Source: Candidatus Bathyarchaeia archaeon (lineage in GTDB: Archaea; Thermoproteota; Bathyarchaeia; Bathyarchaeales; DTEX01). Taken from it: a DNA stretch of 64,000 nt. Numbering within the stretch: the stretch's first letter is position 1; each line of letters starts with the position of its first letter. The stretch lies in contig JAVZNR010000004.1 of NCBI GenBank assembly GCA_038882715.1, positions 46,809 through 110,808 of the forward strand. The letters are read 5' to 3'. Position numbers and translations under genes: made by a program. Positions 18,711-28,377 of the stretch are shown here, one piece after another. A model generated the notes under the pieces. That model did not search any database. It worked only from the letters and a program-made list of their open reading frames with translations, and was not told the DNA's origin.

Positions 18711-20156
18711 TTAATGCTCCTTTCTCCCCTTAAACCTATTTATCTTTAGTGTGTAAGCATGCTCACAAGGTTTTCTTTCAGGCATTTTTACTCTCAGCCC
18801 ATCCTCGTTGCGGGTCCACTGCAACGGTTCTTCTACGCCTAGCATTTCGACGCTTCCAATTTCATAAGGATATAGCGTTAACATGGTGCTAAGCGACTTA
18901 ATTTCCGCTTCGCCGCCCGGCCAGTTTAGAAGTATTGCGAAGAGCGTATCGCCCTGTGATGTGAAGCGTATATCTTTGCCAGTAAACCGCTCACTGGCTT
19001 CCTCTTTAAACTCTCCTCCAATAACCTTTGTGGGTCCTTCCCCATAGACTGTCCATGGTCTTGAGCCGTAAATTGCTCCACCATTAATTTTAAGCCATTC
19101 CCCAACATCTAGGAGAATTTTCCGCTGCTCTTCAGGTATTGTTCCGTCTGGTTTTGGTGCTACGTTAAGTAGTAGGCAACCGTTCTTGCTAACTATATCG
19201 ACTAGATCGCTTATTATCAAACCCGCTGGCTTGTAATCGTGGTCTTTAATTTAGCCCCATGATTTCCTACATATCGACGTATCGGTCTGCCAAAAACTCT
19301 GTCTCATAACATCGGATTTTCCACGCTCAATGTCAAGTACAGCAGTACCCTCTGGGAAAGCATTATGCTTGTAGTTTATAACTACGCCAGTGCCCCACTC
19401 ATACGCACGATTATAGTAATAGGCTGCAAAAAACCTAAGATATGGTTCAAAAACCGGCTGCTCAATCCACCAATCGAACCAGAATATCTGAGGCTTATAT
19501 TTGTCCACCAGCTCGCAGGCTCGCCTAAGCCAATCGCTTAAGAACTCGTCATCTGGCTGCGTGCTAGACGGCTTTGCAGGACCATAAAAATCATAGTACT
19601 TCGGGTCTCTAACATCCGAGTTAAAATGCATCCCGCCCTCAAAGAACCACCAGTGCTCAGCCCTGTGATATGAAACCCCAAAGGCTAATCCCTCTCCGCG
19701 GACGGCTTCCGCCAACTCGCCAACTATATCGCGTTTAGGACCCATCCTCACCGAATTCCACCTAGTGTAGCTACAATCGTAGAGAGCGAAGCCATCGTGA
19801 TGCTCGGCAACTAAAACGACGTATCTGGCACCAGCCTCCCGAAATAGCTTAGCCCAATCTACCGGATCCCAATTCTCGGCTGTGAACATGGGTATAAAAT
19901 CCTTGTACCCAAACTTGTCATGAGGCCCATATGTCTCCAAATGATGGTAATAGGCTGGATGACCCCTAATATACATGTTTCTTGGATACCATTCGTTCTG
20001 GAAAGCTGGCACAGAGTAAACTCCCCAATGGATGAATATGCCGAATTTCGCATCCATATACCATCTTGGAAACCTATACTTCTTTAAGGAATCCCATGTT
20101 GGCTTAAATGGTCCTTTAGGTAGATTTGGAAGCCTTAGATTTGCGCTAAACAACAT
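18711..20156 (-). pseudogene. GH29 alpha-L-fucosidase interrupted by a single in-frame TAA (19251..19253); pseudogene, sequencing error or recoded gene
   Basis: ORFs 19251..20156 and 18711..19220 are in the same frame (both end coordinates are 2 mod 3). Read through, the joined translation is ...[43 protein letters not shown].... GH29 motifs are present: FGIFIHWGVYSVPA, AEHHDGF and [13 protein letters not shown]. Confidence 0.8.
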
Positions 20157-20187
20157 GCTTCACCCCAAACATCGCAAAAATATCAGC

Positions 20188-21234
20188 TTACATCTTTAGG
20201 GATTCCTCTTCCCTCTTAAAGGTTTCCCTTAAGTTTCTGGCAGCCTCCTCCGGCGGCATAGTGTTGATATACATTCCGGTGCTCTTTTCAAATCCAGCCC
20301 AAATGGCTAATTTAGGATAAACTTCAATATGCCAGTGATAATGTTTTTCCGGGATCATATGAAAACCAAGGTTGTAGGGAGGATCATTTAATAGGCTTCT
20401 TAAACCTCCAAAGCTAATTCTAAGCGCCTCAGCAAGATACCTAGTTTCTTCTCCCGTGAGCTCCAAAATCGATGACTGATGCCTTTTCGGAAATATCCAA
20501 AACTCAAATGGATTTATCGGGGCCCATGGTGCGAAAACTAGGAAATCAGCGTTCTCCCATATAAAACGCTCACTTTTAGCTTCCACTTCTATTATCTTGC
20601 AGAAAACACAATGTCCCTTCTCCGCATAATGTCTTTCGCTTGCAGATCTCTCCTCCTCTAATATCTTTGGGAGAATCGGTGTCGCTATTATTTGGCTGTG
20701 GGCATGCGACAGCGATGCGCCCGCGCTTACGCCATGATTTCTGAAAATCGACACGTACTTCACGTATTCCTTCGACATGAAGAATGAAACTCTGTCTTTT
20801 AGCGCATTTAATACATGGGTTAACTGCGTTATTCTAGCTACGCCTAGGTGCTCGTCATGATTCGGCGACTCAATTAAAACTTCGTGGTAGCCAAAGGCTC
20901 CCCTAGAGACATGGATATAATCGCCTTGAAAGCTTGAAGAACTCTCTGAGTTTTGTGGTGAAAACGCCGGATAAAGGTTAGGTATGCATCTAATGATCCA
21001 GTCCTTTCGGCGATCCCCATTTTTATCGTGGTCTTTCTTTAGCCCATCATCTTCCATGAAATATATCAGTGATGCTGGCGGGGTCAGATGCTCATTACCC
21101 GGACAGAATGGGCATATCGCTGCTCTTTTCTCCTCTCTCTGGTTTTCTATAAAGTCTGTGGGCCTCTTTCTCCTCTGTGAGGCGATGACAACCCACCTAT
21201 CTAAGATATAGTCTTTTCTCAGATCATTCACCAT
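20188..21234 (-). CDS. galT: galactose-1-phosphate uridylyltransferase-type HIT-superfamily nucleotidyltransferase
   Basis: Zn-site CPFCPGNEH and active-site HAHSQ (HxHxQ, compare HPHGQ of GalT). Two-half HIT architecture, 348 aa. Confidence 0.75.
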   Translation of the reverse strand: MVNDLRKDYILDRWVVIASQRRKRPTDFIENQREEKRAAICPFCPGNEHLTPPASLIYFMEDDGLKKDHDKNGDRRKDWIIRCIPNLYPAFSPQNSESSSSFQGDYIHVSRGAFGYHEVLIESPNHDEHLGVARITQLTHVLNALKDRVSFFMSKEYVKYVSIFRNHGVSAGASLSHAHSQIIATPILPKILEEERSASERHYAEKGHCVFCKIIEVEAKSERFIWENADFLVFAPWAPINPFEFWIFPKRHQSSILELTGEETRYLAEALRISFGGLRSLLNDPPYNLGFHMIPEKHYHWHIEVYPKLAIWAGFEKSTGMYINTMPPEEAARNLRETFKREEESLKM

Positions 21235-21337
21235 AGCGTTAACCCCATAACCCTTATAAAACCCGGAGTCTTAAGATTTACGCCGTCGAGACAACTAGAG
21301 GGTTAAATGACAGTTAAATAGGGTTAGAGAGGGAAAC

Positions 21338-21901
21338 ATGGGGGAAATGAGCGAGGTTAAAATAGAGATCTTGAAATTCTTGTGGCAGTTTAATAGACCC
21401 GCCCGCTTAAAAGAAATATCTGAAGGAGTTGGTTTAGAAAAACGCTCGGTTAACATGCATCTCCTTAATCTTAAGAGGAAAGGTTATGTGAAGGCGCTCG
21501 GCGATGGTCTCTACGCTTTAACGGATTTGGGCAAAGAATTTTTGGGTTTTCCCAAAATTGATGAAAGCTTAGCTAGAAAAATTTTAAGCAAAGTTCCCTT
21601 TGAATTCGCTTTTCACTTCTATATTAGGGAGAACGAACCGCTGAACATTTCCTCGGATAGCTTAATTGAATTACGTGATAGAATTAGGGAAATAGACGCA
21701 AGATCCTTGGAGTTTCATTTCTTTCGAGGAGATTTCGAGAACTGGATTTCATTTCTAGGCGACTTAGAGCTCGCTAGTAGACTGGAGCTCATAAGAAAAT
21801 CTGACATCTCTAGCGAGGATCTTAGAGGGAAAATTTACGAATGCATAAAAGCAAGGTGCGACGAGCTCTTAAACCTCTGCGGAATTAAAAATGGCACTTA
21901 A
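21338..21901 (+). CDS. winged-helix DNA-binding protein fused to a ~95-aa module shared with the GH57 C-terminus (I believe this corresponds to Pfam DUF5752; unverified)
   Basis: N-terminal wHTH (ILKFLWQFNRPARLKEISEGVGLEKRSVNMHLLNLKRKGYV). Residues 86-178 align with GH57 residues 424-516, for example SLEFHFFRGDFENWISFLGDLELASRLE versus SIDFHMRRGDFEKWIANVIGDAELAAKIE. Confidence 0.6.
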   Translation: MGEMSEVKIEILKFLWQFNRPARLKEISEGVGLEKRSVNMHLLNLKRKGYVKALGDGLYALTDLGKEFLGFPKIDESLARKILSKVPFEFAFHFYIRENEPLNISSDSLIELRDRIREIDARSLEFHFFRGDFENWISFLGDLELASRLELIRKSDISSEDLRGKIYECIKARCDELLNLCGIKNGT

Positions 21902-22868
21902 AAGACGATAAAAAACTTTGGAAAAATCTTTCCTCATCCTCCTCACTCAATTTTCTCCTAAGGAAAAATGGTCTGCTAACATACGATGTGTATGTTATTG
22001 AGTATATGCGGTTCGACTTCGAGCAATACCACGTTAAATTTTTACATAGCATGGTTTTTCTCGTGAATAAGCCGGATTTACTTACACCATACCTATATAT
22101 GGCGTTGTGCCGCATGATCTTTTTACCCTCACTAGATTGGAAAGCGATATTTTTGTGGCTTTTTCTCAGGTCTTTCCAATAATTCTTCTGAAACCACGCA
22201 TCCACATCTTTATACGTGTCTTCAAAAATCACGTTTGCCATAGAAAAATACTCTATCGATAGACTTCTACCGATCTCAGCGAATGCAGAAAATTTTTGAT
22301 CCCTAAATGTCAAATATGTTCTTCCAACGGCGATTTTTCTTTCAGAAAGCAAAAAGCTGGAAGGAACGTTAAAACGAGTGTTTAACGCTGACCATGTCAC
22401 TGAATCTTCCTCTGTGTGGCACTTAAATGAGCCAAGTATACGTTCAACTATTTTTTCGCCTTCTTCAATAAGTGGCGATAAAGCAAAATGAGCTATGATT
22501 ATTCGACCACTCTTTTCACAAACCCAAATGTAGGTTGGCTCTTTTAGACCAGATCCGGTTTCGAGAAGCATGGAACGTGCGTTATGAGAAGAAATAAAGA
22601 TGTTTTCCATAACTTTAGCTTTCACGTCGACTTTCTTTTTTGCGGTCTTCTCAATAGTCTTTCTCGCACTATCAATAAATGATGCGGATATTTCTGCCAA
22701 AGATTTGGGCTTTTTCAGGTTAGCTTGCTCCCATTTAACTTCTAAAAACAGGTTTTCCATCTCAAGCCTAAAGTACCCTGAATTTATGTTTCCTCCCTCT
22801 GTTGCAAGGCGCATCTCTTCAGGAACTTGAAGCAGGAAACCATTCCAACCTAATTCTTTAAACTTCAA
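21885..22868 (-). CDS. hypothetical protein built from two tandem homologous ~160-aa halves
   Basis: Both halves show W..(x)..VP near their start and end with W.C.KS.RI...(E)E.E....L.SFKCH (IWVCEKSGRII...ILGSFKCH and TWYCSKSNRIY...FLSSFKCHF). No known family recognised. Confidence 0.5.
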   Translation of the reverse strand: MKFKELGWNGFLLQVPEEMRLATEGGNINSGYFRLEMENLFLEVKWEQANLKKPKSLAEISASFIDSARKTIEKTAKKKVDVKAKVMENIFISSHNARSMLLETGSGLKEPTYIWVCEKSGRIIIAHFALSPLIEEGEKIVERILGSFKCHTEEDSVTWSALNTRFNVPSSFLLSERKIAVGRTYLTFRDQKFSAFAEIGRSLSIEYFSMANVIFEDTYKDVDAWFQKNYWKDLRKSHKNIAFQSSEGKKIMRHNAIYRYGVSKSGLFTRKTMLCKNLTWYCSKSNRIYSITYTSYVSRPFFLRRKLSEEDEERFFQSFLSSFKCHF

Positions 22869-23001
22869 GCGTCTTTATCACCATTGTTGAGATTAATGTA
22901 GATAGCATCATGGAATCTGTAAATAGTTATATTACTCAGAAATATTTTTGATCTCCTTTAAATCTTTTTGTTACATATAAGGTTATGCCGAGGGGAAAAC
23001 T

Positions 23002-24210
23002 TTGACTTTTAATTTTCCAGTCGCTTTTATTAGCGAGGGCGCGGCTAATATTGTTGTTCCTAACCTTAATGCCTTTAGGAAGGGGCCTTGGGATTACGCT
23101 CCTTCTAAGGCACCTGTCTTCTATAACCCTCTCATGAAGCCTTGCAGAGATATCGCTGTTTTGGTTCTTCAATCATATCAAGAATTGGTGAATAGGGAGC
23201 TAAGTGTTTCTGAACCGCTGGCTGGTTGTGGTGTTAGAGGGATAAGGTTCGCGAAGGAGGTTAAAGGAATAAACTCGGTTTTTCTTAATGATATAAATGA
23301 AATGGCTTATAAAATGGCTAAATATAATGTTCAATTAAATAATCTTGAAGAGAAGGTTTTTGTTTCAAATGAAGATGCAAATTTATTTTTATCGAGATAC
23401 GCGGCTCCAGCTAAAAGGTTTGACTTCATAGATATAGATCCATTTGGTTCTCCGGTTCCATATATCGACTCAGCCATTAGGGCGCTAAGGGATGGGGGGA
23501 TGCTGGCTTTAACGGCAACAGATTTAGCTCCACTCTGCGGCGTTTACCCAAAAGTAGCCCTTAGAAAATATGGCGGTTTATCTTTAAAAACCGAATATTC
23601 CCATGAGATTGCTATAAGGCTCTTAGCTGGCTGCCTGACAAGTATGGCCGCTAAACATGATGTTGGCATAAAAATATTGTTCAGCCATGCTGCAAGACAT
23701 TGCATAAGACTATACGCGTTAATCGAGTATGGCGCTAAAAAAGCAGATGGATCTCTAGAAAACATGGGTTACATCTTCCATTGCTTTAAGTGCCTTTATA
23801 GAGAACCTACGAAAGGCATGCTTCCCTTAAACCATAGCTCAAGATGCCCCACGTGTAATTCGCCTCTAAAGGCCGCTGGACCCCTATGGCTTGGGGAGAT
23901 ATCTAATAGAGATTTCTGTAAATCCATTGAAGAAAACATGAAGATTATTAAGCATGAAAATGATAAGATTGCGAGGTTAATTTCTCTAATTAAGGAAGAG
24001 GCTGAAGCCCCTATCACGTATTATGTTGTCGACAATATCTGTGAGAAAATTAGGGCCCCAACTCCTCCGCTAAAAGAAGTTATCAATAATATTGAAGAGG
24101 CAGGTTTCAGAGCTTTCCGCACGCATCTCCATGATAGAGGAATAAAGACTGATGCGCCAGCATCCTTAGTAATTGAAGCCGTTAAGAGAGCTGTGAAAAA
24201 CAGAGTTTAA
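23002..24210 (+). CDS. trm1: tRNA (guanine26-N2)-dimethyltransferase
   Basis: FYNPLMKPCRD, the SAM-binding segment LAGCGVRGIRFA, IDIDPFGSP, and a C-terminal Cys cluster (CFKC...CPTC). TTG start from the ORF track. Confidence 0.9.
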   Translation: MTFNFPVAFISEGAANIVVPNLNAFRKGPWDYAPSKAPVFYNPLMKPCRDIAVLVLQSYQELVNRELSVSEPLAGCGVRGIRFAKEVKGINSVFLNDINEMAYKMAKYNVQLNNLEEKVFVSNEDANLFLSRYAAPAKRFDFIDIDPFGSPVPYIDSAIRALRDGGMLALTATDLAPLCGVYPKVALRKYGGLSLKTEYSHEIAIRLLAGCLTSMAAKHDVGIKILFSHAARHCIRLYALIEYGAKKADGSLENMGYIFHCFKCLYREPTKGMLPLNHSSRCPTCNSPLKAAGPLWLGEISNRDFCKSIEENMKIIKHENDKIARLISLIKEEAEAPITYYVVDNICEKIRAPTPPLKEVINNIEEAGFRAFRTHLHDRGIKTDAPASLVIEAVKRAVKNRV

Positions 24211-24221
24211 AACTAAAACTG

Positions 24222-25085
24222 CTATCTAATGACTTCTATTACGTCTAAACTGGCGTCAATGGATTTAACTGAATGCGTGATTGTTCCAACTGAAATTATG
24301 TCAGGCTCAAGCTTAGCGTATTCCAGTATGTTCTCTCCATTTATCCCACCCGATATTTCAATCAGGACCTTATCGCGGAGACCAATTTCTCTTAAAGACC
24401 CAATAACCCTGCGCGCCTCGTCAACCGACATGTTATCCAGCATTATTATCTCCGCCCCAAGTTTAGCCGCCAGCACAGCCTGCTCCGCATCCTTTGCCTC
24501 AACCTCAATCTTCTTTGAGAAACTTCCAAATAAACGTGCCCTCTTTAAGGCTTCTTCTAAGCTACCCGCGATGATTATATGGTTATCTTTGATTAAAATT
24601 TGATCATCAAGCTTTAATCTATGCGGGTCTCCGCCGCCAACAACTATGGCCCGTTTATCGAAGTATCGTAGTCCGGGGGCGGTTTTCCTTGTTGCAGCTA
24701 CGCGCACATTAAGTCCAGCTTCCCTTATCTTCTTAACTAGTTTTCTTGTTTCTGTAGCGATTCCACTCATACGGGAAAAAATATTTAATGCCGTTCTCTC
24801 AACGGATAGCAGCGCCCTCCCATCCCCCTCGACTATGGCGATAACCGTGTTTGGTGAAACTTCGTCGCCTTCATTCACCAGAAACTCGACTTTCGCATCA
24901 ACCATGTCAAAAATTGTTTTCAGCTCGCGTAACCCGGCTATGACAGCCGCTTCTTTCACGACTATCTGCGCCCGCACTTTGGTTTCCGGCGGCACTATAA
25001 GCTCGGTGGTTATGTCACCTAACCCTATATCTTCCTCAAGGAAAGTCTTAATCTTCTCCTTTAACAGGTCTGTGGGCATGCTCAA
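24222..25085 (-). CDS. nadC: nicotinate-nucleotide pyrophosphorylase (quinolinate phosphoribosyltransferase)
   Basis: LEEDIGLGDITT, TRKTAPGLR, GGGDPHRLKLDD, IMLDNMS and ISGGIN. Confidence 0.9.
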   Translation of the reverse strand: MSMPTDLLKEKIKTFLEEDIGLGDITTELIVPPETKVRAQIVVKEAAVIAGLRELKTIFDMVDAKVEFLVNEGDEVSPNTVIAIVEGDGRALLSVERTALNIFSRMSGIATETRKLVKKIREAGLNVRVAATRKTAPGLRYFDKRAIVVGGGDPHRLKLDDQILIKDNHIIIAGSLEEALKRARLFGSFSKKIEVEAKDAEQAVLAAKLGAEIIMLDNMSVDEARRVIGSLREIGLRDKVLIEISGGINGENILEYAKLEPDIISVGTITHSVKSIDASLDVIEVIR

Positions 25086-25150
25086 TAGGGTTCACCATTT
25101 TAGCAAACTTATTTTGTTAATAAAGGTTAGTCCCCATTATTAAGTATTAT

Positions 25151-26182
25151 TTAAAGATTACTGATGGGATTAGTCCAAGCACATCTGCCTTCTCCATCGA
25201 TTATTTCCACCCTAAAATAGGGATAATCAAAGTTCCTTTTAACTTCGAATTTAACTATTCCTTCATCGTTATATTCAATCGTAAATCTCTCATTATTCGT
25301 GGTCTCTATAGAGAGTATTTGCCGTGAGTTCTCACCCACATGATCGATGCCTGTAATGGTTTTCTCGCATATTTTTCTTTTCTCCGGATCTCTCCAGCAG
25401 TTTAATGTTTCTAGCATTGTATCAAGCGACATAGAAAATCCTTTGCCGTTGGGTGCTATCAAGTTGAGCCTAACAGCTGGTGTTGACTCCACTTGGAGTA
25501 GATTCTGCGCATAATGGAAGTAGGTTATTCTTGGAGCCATACTTGCATAAAATCTGCCCACGCCTATAGATTTTAAGGTTTCTTCCAAACGCGTATCACT
25601 CACGTTGATCCATATGTATCCGCCGTCAGCGTCTATAGGCGGCCTAACGTATCTATGCGAATCATCAACCGCTAAACCTTTAACATTTCTGTTTGATGAA
25701 AGGAGGTTATCCCAGTATACTAGGCCGTATCCCTTAGCCACCTCAACATCGCATCCAGTATTGTAGATTTCTATACCCGTGTAGCCGTTTAACCGAATTA
25801 AATCTTCGTACACTAGGTTCGACCAGTACGGATGTGCTATAAATGATAGCCCGCCAGATTCATTAACATAATCTATCAGATCTTGGGGATCACCTATATC
25901 CAGCACCTTTGGGTCATTTACCCCTAAAACCACTATGTGGTATGGTTCGCCGAGCCTGCCTCTCCCCCTAGAAACTTCGACGCCAAAACTATAAATGCCT
26001 TTAAAAGATTTCACGCTAGTCAATTTCTCGTGATCCGTTATAGACAGAAACATGTAGCCCCTTTTCTCATAAAACTTGGCAATATCTTCCGGGCTGAGCA
26101 AGCCGTCTGAAAGGTTACTATGGCAATGCAAAGACCCCTTAAGCCACAACCCTTCACGCATTGAGAACCTAATCATTTCCAT
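25151..26182 (-). CDS. PHP-domain metal-dependent phosphoesterase with an uncharacterised C-terminal beta-rich region
   Basis: GSLHCHSNLSDG, ITDHE, FIAHPYW and VDDSH, the PHP His/Asp ligand pattern. Confidence 0.65.
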   Translation of the reverse strand: MEMIRFSMREGLWLKGSLHCHSNLSDGLLSPEDIAKFYEKRGYMFLSITDHEKLTSVKSFKGIYSFGVEVSRGRGRLGEPYHIVVLGVNDPKVLDIGDPQDLIDYVNESGGLSFIAHPYWSNLVYEDLIRLNGYTGIEIYNTGCDVEVAKGYGLVYWDNLLSSNRNVKGLAVDDSHRYVRPPIDADGGYIWINVSDTRLEETLKSIGVGRFYASMAPRITYFHYAQNLLQVESTPAVRLNLIAPNGKGFSMSLDTMLETLNCWRDPEKRKICEKTITGIDHVGENSRQILSIETTNNERFTIEYNDEGIVKFEVKRNFDYPYFRVEIIDGEGRCAWTNPISNL

Positions 26183-26292
26183 AATCCTCTTCTAACGATA
26201 TTTCCAATAAATAATAGAGAAAGATTTATAACTTATTTCTCTTATTTTGATGAGAAGACTAAGGGCAGTAGGGAATATAGGAGAATAGAGCC

Positions 26293-27300
26293 GTGGGACA
26301 TAGGAAAATTAGCGCTCCAAGAAGAGGCTCATTGGCCTACTTACCTAAGGCTAGAGCATCCCATATAGTTGGGAGAATAAGATATTGGCCCGAAGTTAAA
26401 GAAGGTCCGGTTTTATTGGGGTTTGCTGGCTACAAATCCGGCATGACTTACACAGTGGTCATTAATGATGAGCCCGGCTCACCGAACTTCGGTAAAGAGG
26501 TTGTTCAGCCAGTCACTATTATTGACGCGCCTCCAATGTACGTAGCCGCAATACGTGCATATGTGAAGGATGAAAATCGCCTTAAGGCGTTAACTGAGGT
26601 TTGGGCTGACTCGTTGCCCAAAGATATTAGCAGAGTAATAACTCCGCCAAAAGTTAACACTAAAGAAAATCTAGAAAAAATAGAGAAATCACTTGATAAG
26701 ATCGTAGAATTTAGAGCCTTAGTTGCCACGCAGCCGAAATTAGCAAACATTCCTAAAAAGAAGCCAGATTTGATGGAGATAAAGATAGGCGGAGGAACAA
26801 TAAAGGAACAATTCGATTACGTGAAGAAAATTTTAGGTAAGACAATATCAGTAGAGGAGGTTTTTAAGGAAGGCCAGTATGTAGACGTCATAGCAGTAAC
26901 TAAGGGCAAAGGCTTCCAGGGACCGGTAAAAAGGTGGGGTGTAAGAACACTTCAGCATAAAAGCCGTAAGACGGAGCGAGGCGTTGGAACATTAGGTCCG
27001 TGGGGTATGAAAAGAGTTATATATACTGTTCCGAGAGCTGGTCAGATGGGTTTCCATCAAAGAACCGAGTATAATAAGCGTATAATGAAAATTGGTAAAG
27101 ATGGGAAAGAGGTTACGCCTAAGGGGGGCTTCCTACACTATGGACCCGTTAAAGGCCCATATATAATGCTGAGTGGAAGCGTTCCCGGGCCAGCTAAAAG
27201 GTTAATAAGGCTTAGATATCCTGCGCGCCCGCCAAAGAAGGCAGTTGAGACGCCGCCACAGATCCTCTTTACTTCACTTGAATCTCAGCAGGGAGTTTAG
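26293..27300 (+). CDS. rpl3: 50S ribosomal protein uL3
   Basis: GTG start. MGHRKISAPRRGSLAY... and VTKGKGFQGPVKRWGV, archaeal-length 335 aa. Confidence 0.95.
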   Translation: MGHRKISAPRRGSLAYLPKARASHIVGRIRYWPEVKEGPVLLGFAGYKSGMTYTVVINDEPGSPNFGKEVVQPVTIIDAPPMYVAAIRAYVKDENRLKALTEVWADSLPKDISRVITPPKVNTKENLEKIEKSLDKIVEFRALVATQPKLANIPKKKPDLMEIKIGGGTIKEQFDYVKKILGKTISVEEVFKEGQYVDVIAVTKGKGFQGPVKRWGVRTLQHKSRKTERGVGTLGPWGMKRVIYTVPRAGQMGFHQRTEYNKRIMKIGKDGKEVTPKGGFLHYGPVKGPYIMLSGSVPGPAKRLIRLRYPARPPKKAVETPPQILFTSLESQQGV

Positions 27301-27314
27301 GGTGGGTATGTGAC

Positions 27315-28100
27315 ATGGCGAGGCTCTTTGCTCGAGTTTTTGATCTAGAGGGGAAAGAGGCTGGTAGAATCCGATTACCAGATGTTTTTAGAACCCCTTT
27401 TAGACCAGATGTTATAAAACGCGCTGTCATCGCCCTTCAATCCCATAGGCTTCAGCCTAAGGGCAGAGATCCGTACGCTGGAAAAAGGACGACGGCTGAA
27501 TCATGGGGTGTTGGCCATGGGCTCTCAAGAGTCCCACGTTTAGACACTGGAAGGGCGGCGTTTGCCCCTGGAATCGTTGGAGGAAGGCTTGCTCACCCGC
27601 CAGTAGTTGAAAAGAAAATTTATAAGAAGATTCCTAAAAAGGAGAAAAAGCTAGCGCTGCTTTCAGCTATAGCTGCGTCGGCGCAGAGAGACATAGTTAA
27701 AGCTAGAGGCCATATAGTTGACAATGTTCCGGAAATACCCTTAGTCGTCGTGGACGACCTCGAAAGCATAAAGAAGGCGAAGGATTTAAGAAGCGCGCTA
27801 ATAAACCTTGGCGTTTGGTCAGATGTTGAAAGGGTTATTGAGAGCGTGAAGGTTCGAAGCGGTAAGGGTAAAATGCGTGGTAGGAGAAAAAAGATGGCTG
27901 TTGGACCGCTAATAGTTGTGTCTAAAGATGATGGCATATTTAGGGCTGCCAGAAATATTCCAGGAGTAAATGTTGTTTATATTAAGGATTTAAATCCTGA
28001 GTTATTGGCTCCCGGCGCCCATCCAGGGAGACTAACGATTTGGACTAGATCTAGTATTGAGGAACTTAGAAAAACTATTTTAGTTAAAGAGGTGGATTGA
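27315..28100 (+). CDS. rpl4: 50S ribosomal protein uL4
   Basis: RPDVIKRAV...[27 protein letters not shown], 261 aa, follows rpl3. Confidence 0.95.
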   Translation: MARLFARVFDLEGKEAGRIRLPDVFRTPFRPDVIKRAVIALQSHRLQPKGRDPYAGKRTTAESWGVGHGLSRVPRLDTGRAAFAPGIVGGRLAHPPVVEKKIYKKIPKKEKKLALLSAIAASAQRDIVKARGHIVDNVPEIPLVVVDDLESIKKAKDLRSALINLGVWSDVERVIESVKVRSGKGKMRGRRKKMAVGPLIVVSKDDGIFRAARNIPGVNVVYIKDLNPELLAPGAHPGRLTIWTRSSIEELRKTILVKEVD

Positions 28101-28363
28101 GAATGGATCCTCATGAAATCATCATCTACCCGCTTGTAACTGAGGTTACAAGCCGCTTAATCGAGAAAGAAAATAAGATAGTTTTCATTGTAAGTCGAAA
28201 GGCAACTAAAGGCGACATAAAAAGGGCCGTTGAAGAGCTATATCAGGTCAGAGTTAGTAGCGTTAATACGTCGATAACTAGGGAAGGAACTAAGAAAGCT
28301 TATGTGAAGCTGACTGAAGAGTATAGTGCGACGGATTTAGCGGTTAAGCTAGGTATATTCTAG
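28097..28363 (+). CDS. rpl23: 50S ribosomal protein uL23
   Basis: IIIYPLVTE...NKIVFIV...[19 protein letters not shown]. It overlaps the rpl4 stop; the true start may be the ATG at 28103. Confidence 0.9.
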   Translation: MRMDPHEIIIYPLVTEVTSRLIEKENKIVFIVSRKATKGDIKRAVEELYQVRVSSVNTSITREGTKKAYVKLTEEYSATDLAVKLGIF

Positions 28364-28377
28364 TAGGTGAGAGTGAA

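Noticed and set aside
18711-20156. Programmed -1 frameshift as in the Sulfolobus solfataricus fucA1 fucosidase gene.
   Set aside because: The two ORFs here are in the same frame, separated by one TAA, and no slippery heptamer is needed or seen. Only nonsense mutation, sequencing error or readthrough remain, as reported in the findings.
24229-25143. Two long ORFs (124 and 165 aa) antisense to nadC. Similar antisense ORFs occur inside hdrA (899..1341), leuC (31480..31953), GDPD (35795..36211), the ABC genes and many other genes in the ORF track.
   Set aside because: All are fully nested in genes with strong family motifs on the other strand. Their translations are low-complexity (Ser/Ala/Ile/Leu-rich) and carry no recognisable motif. 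They are typical shadow ORFs.
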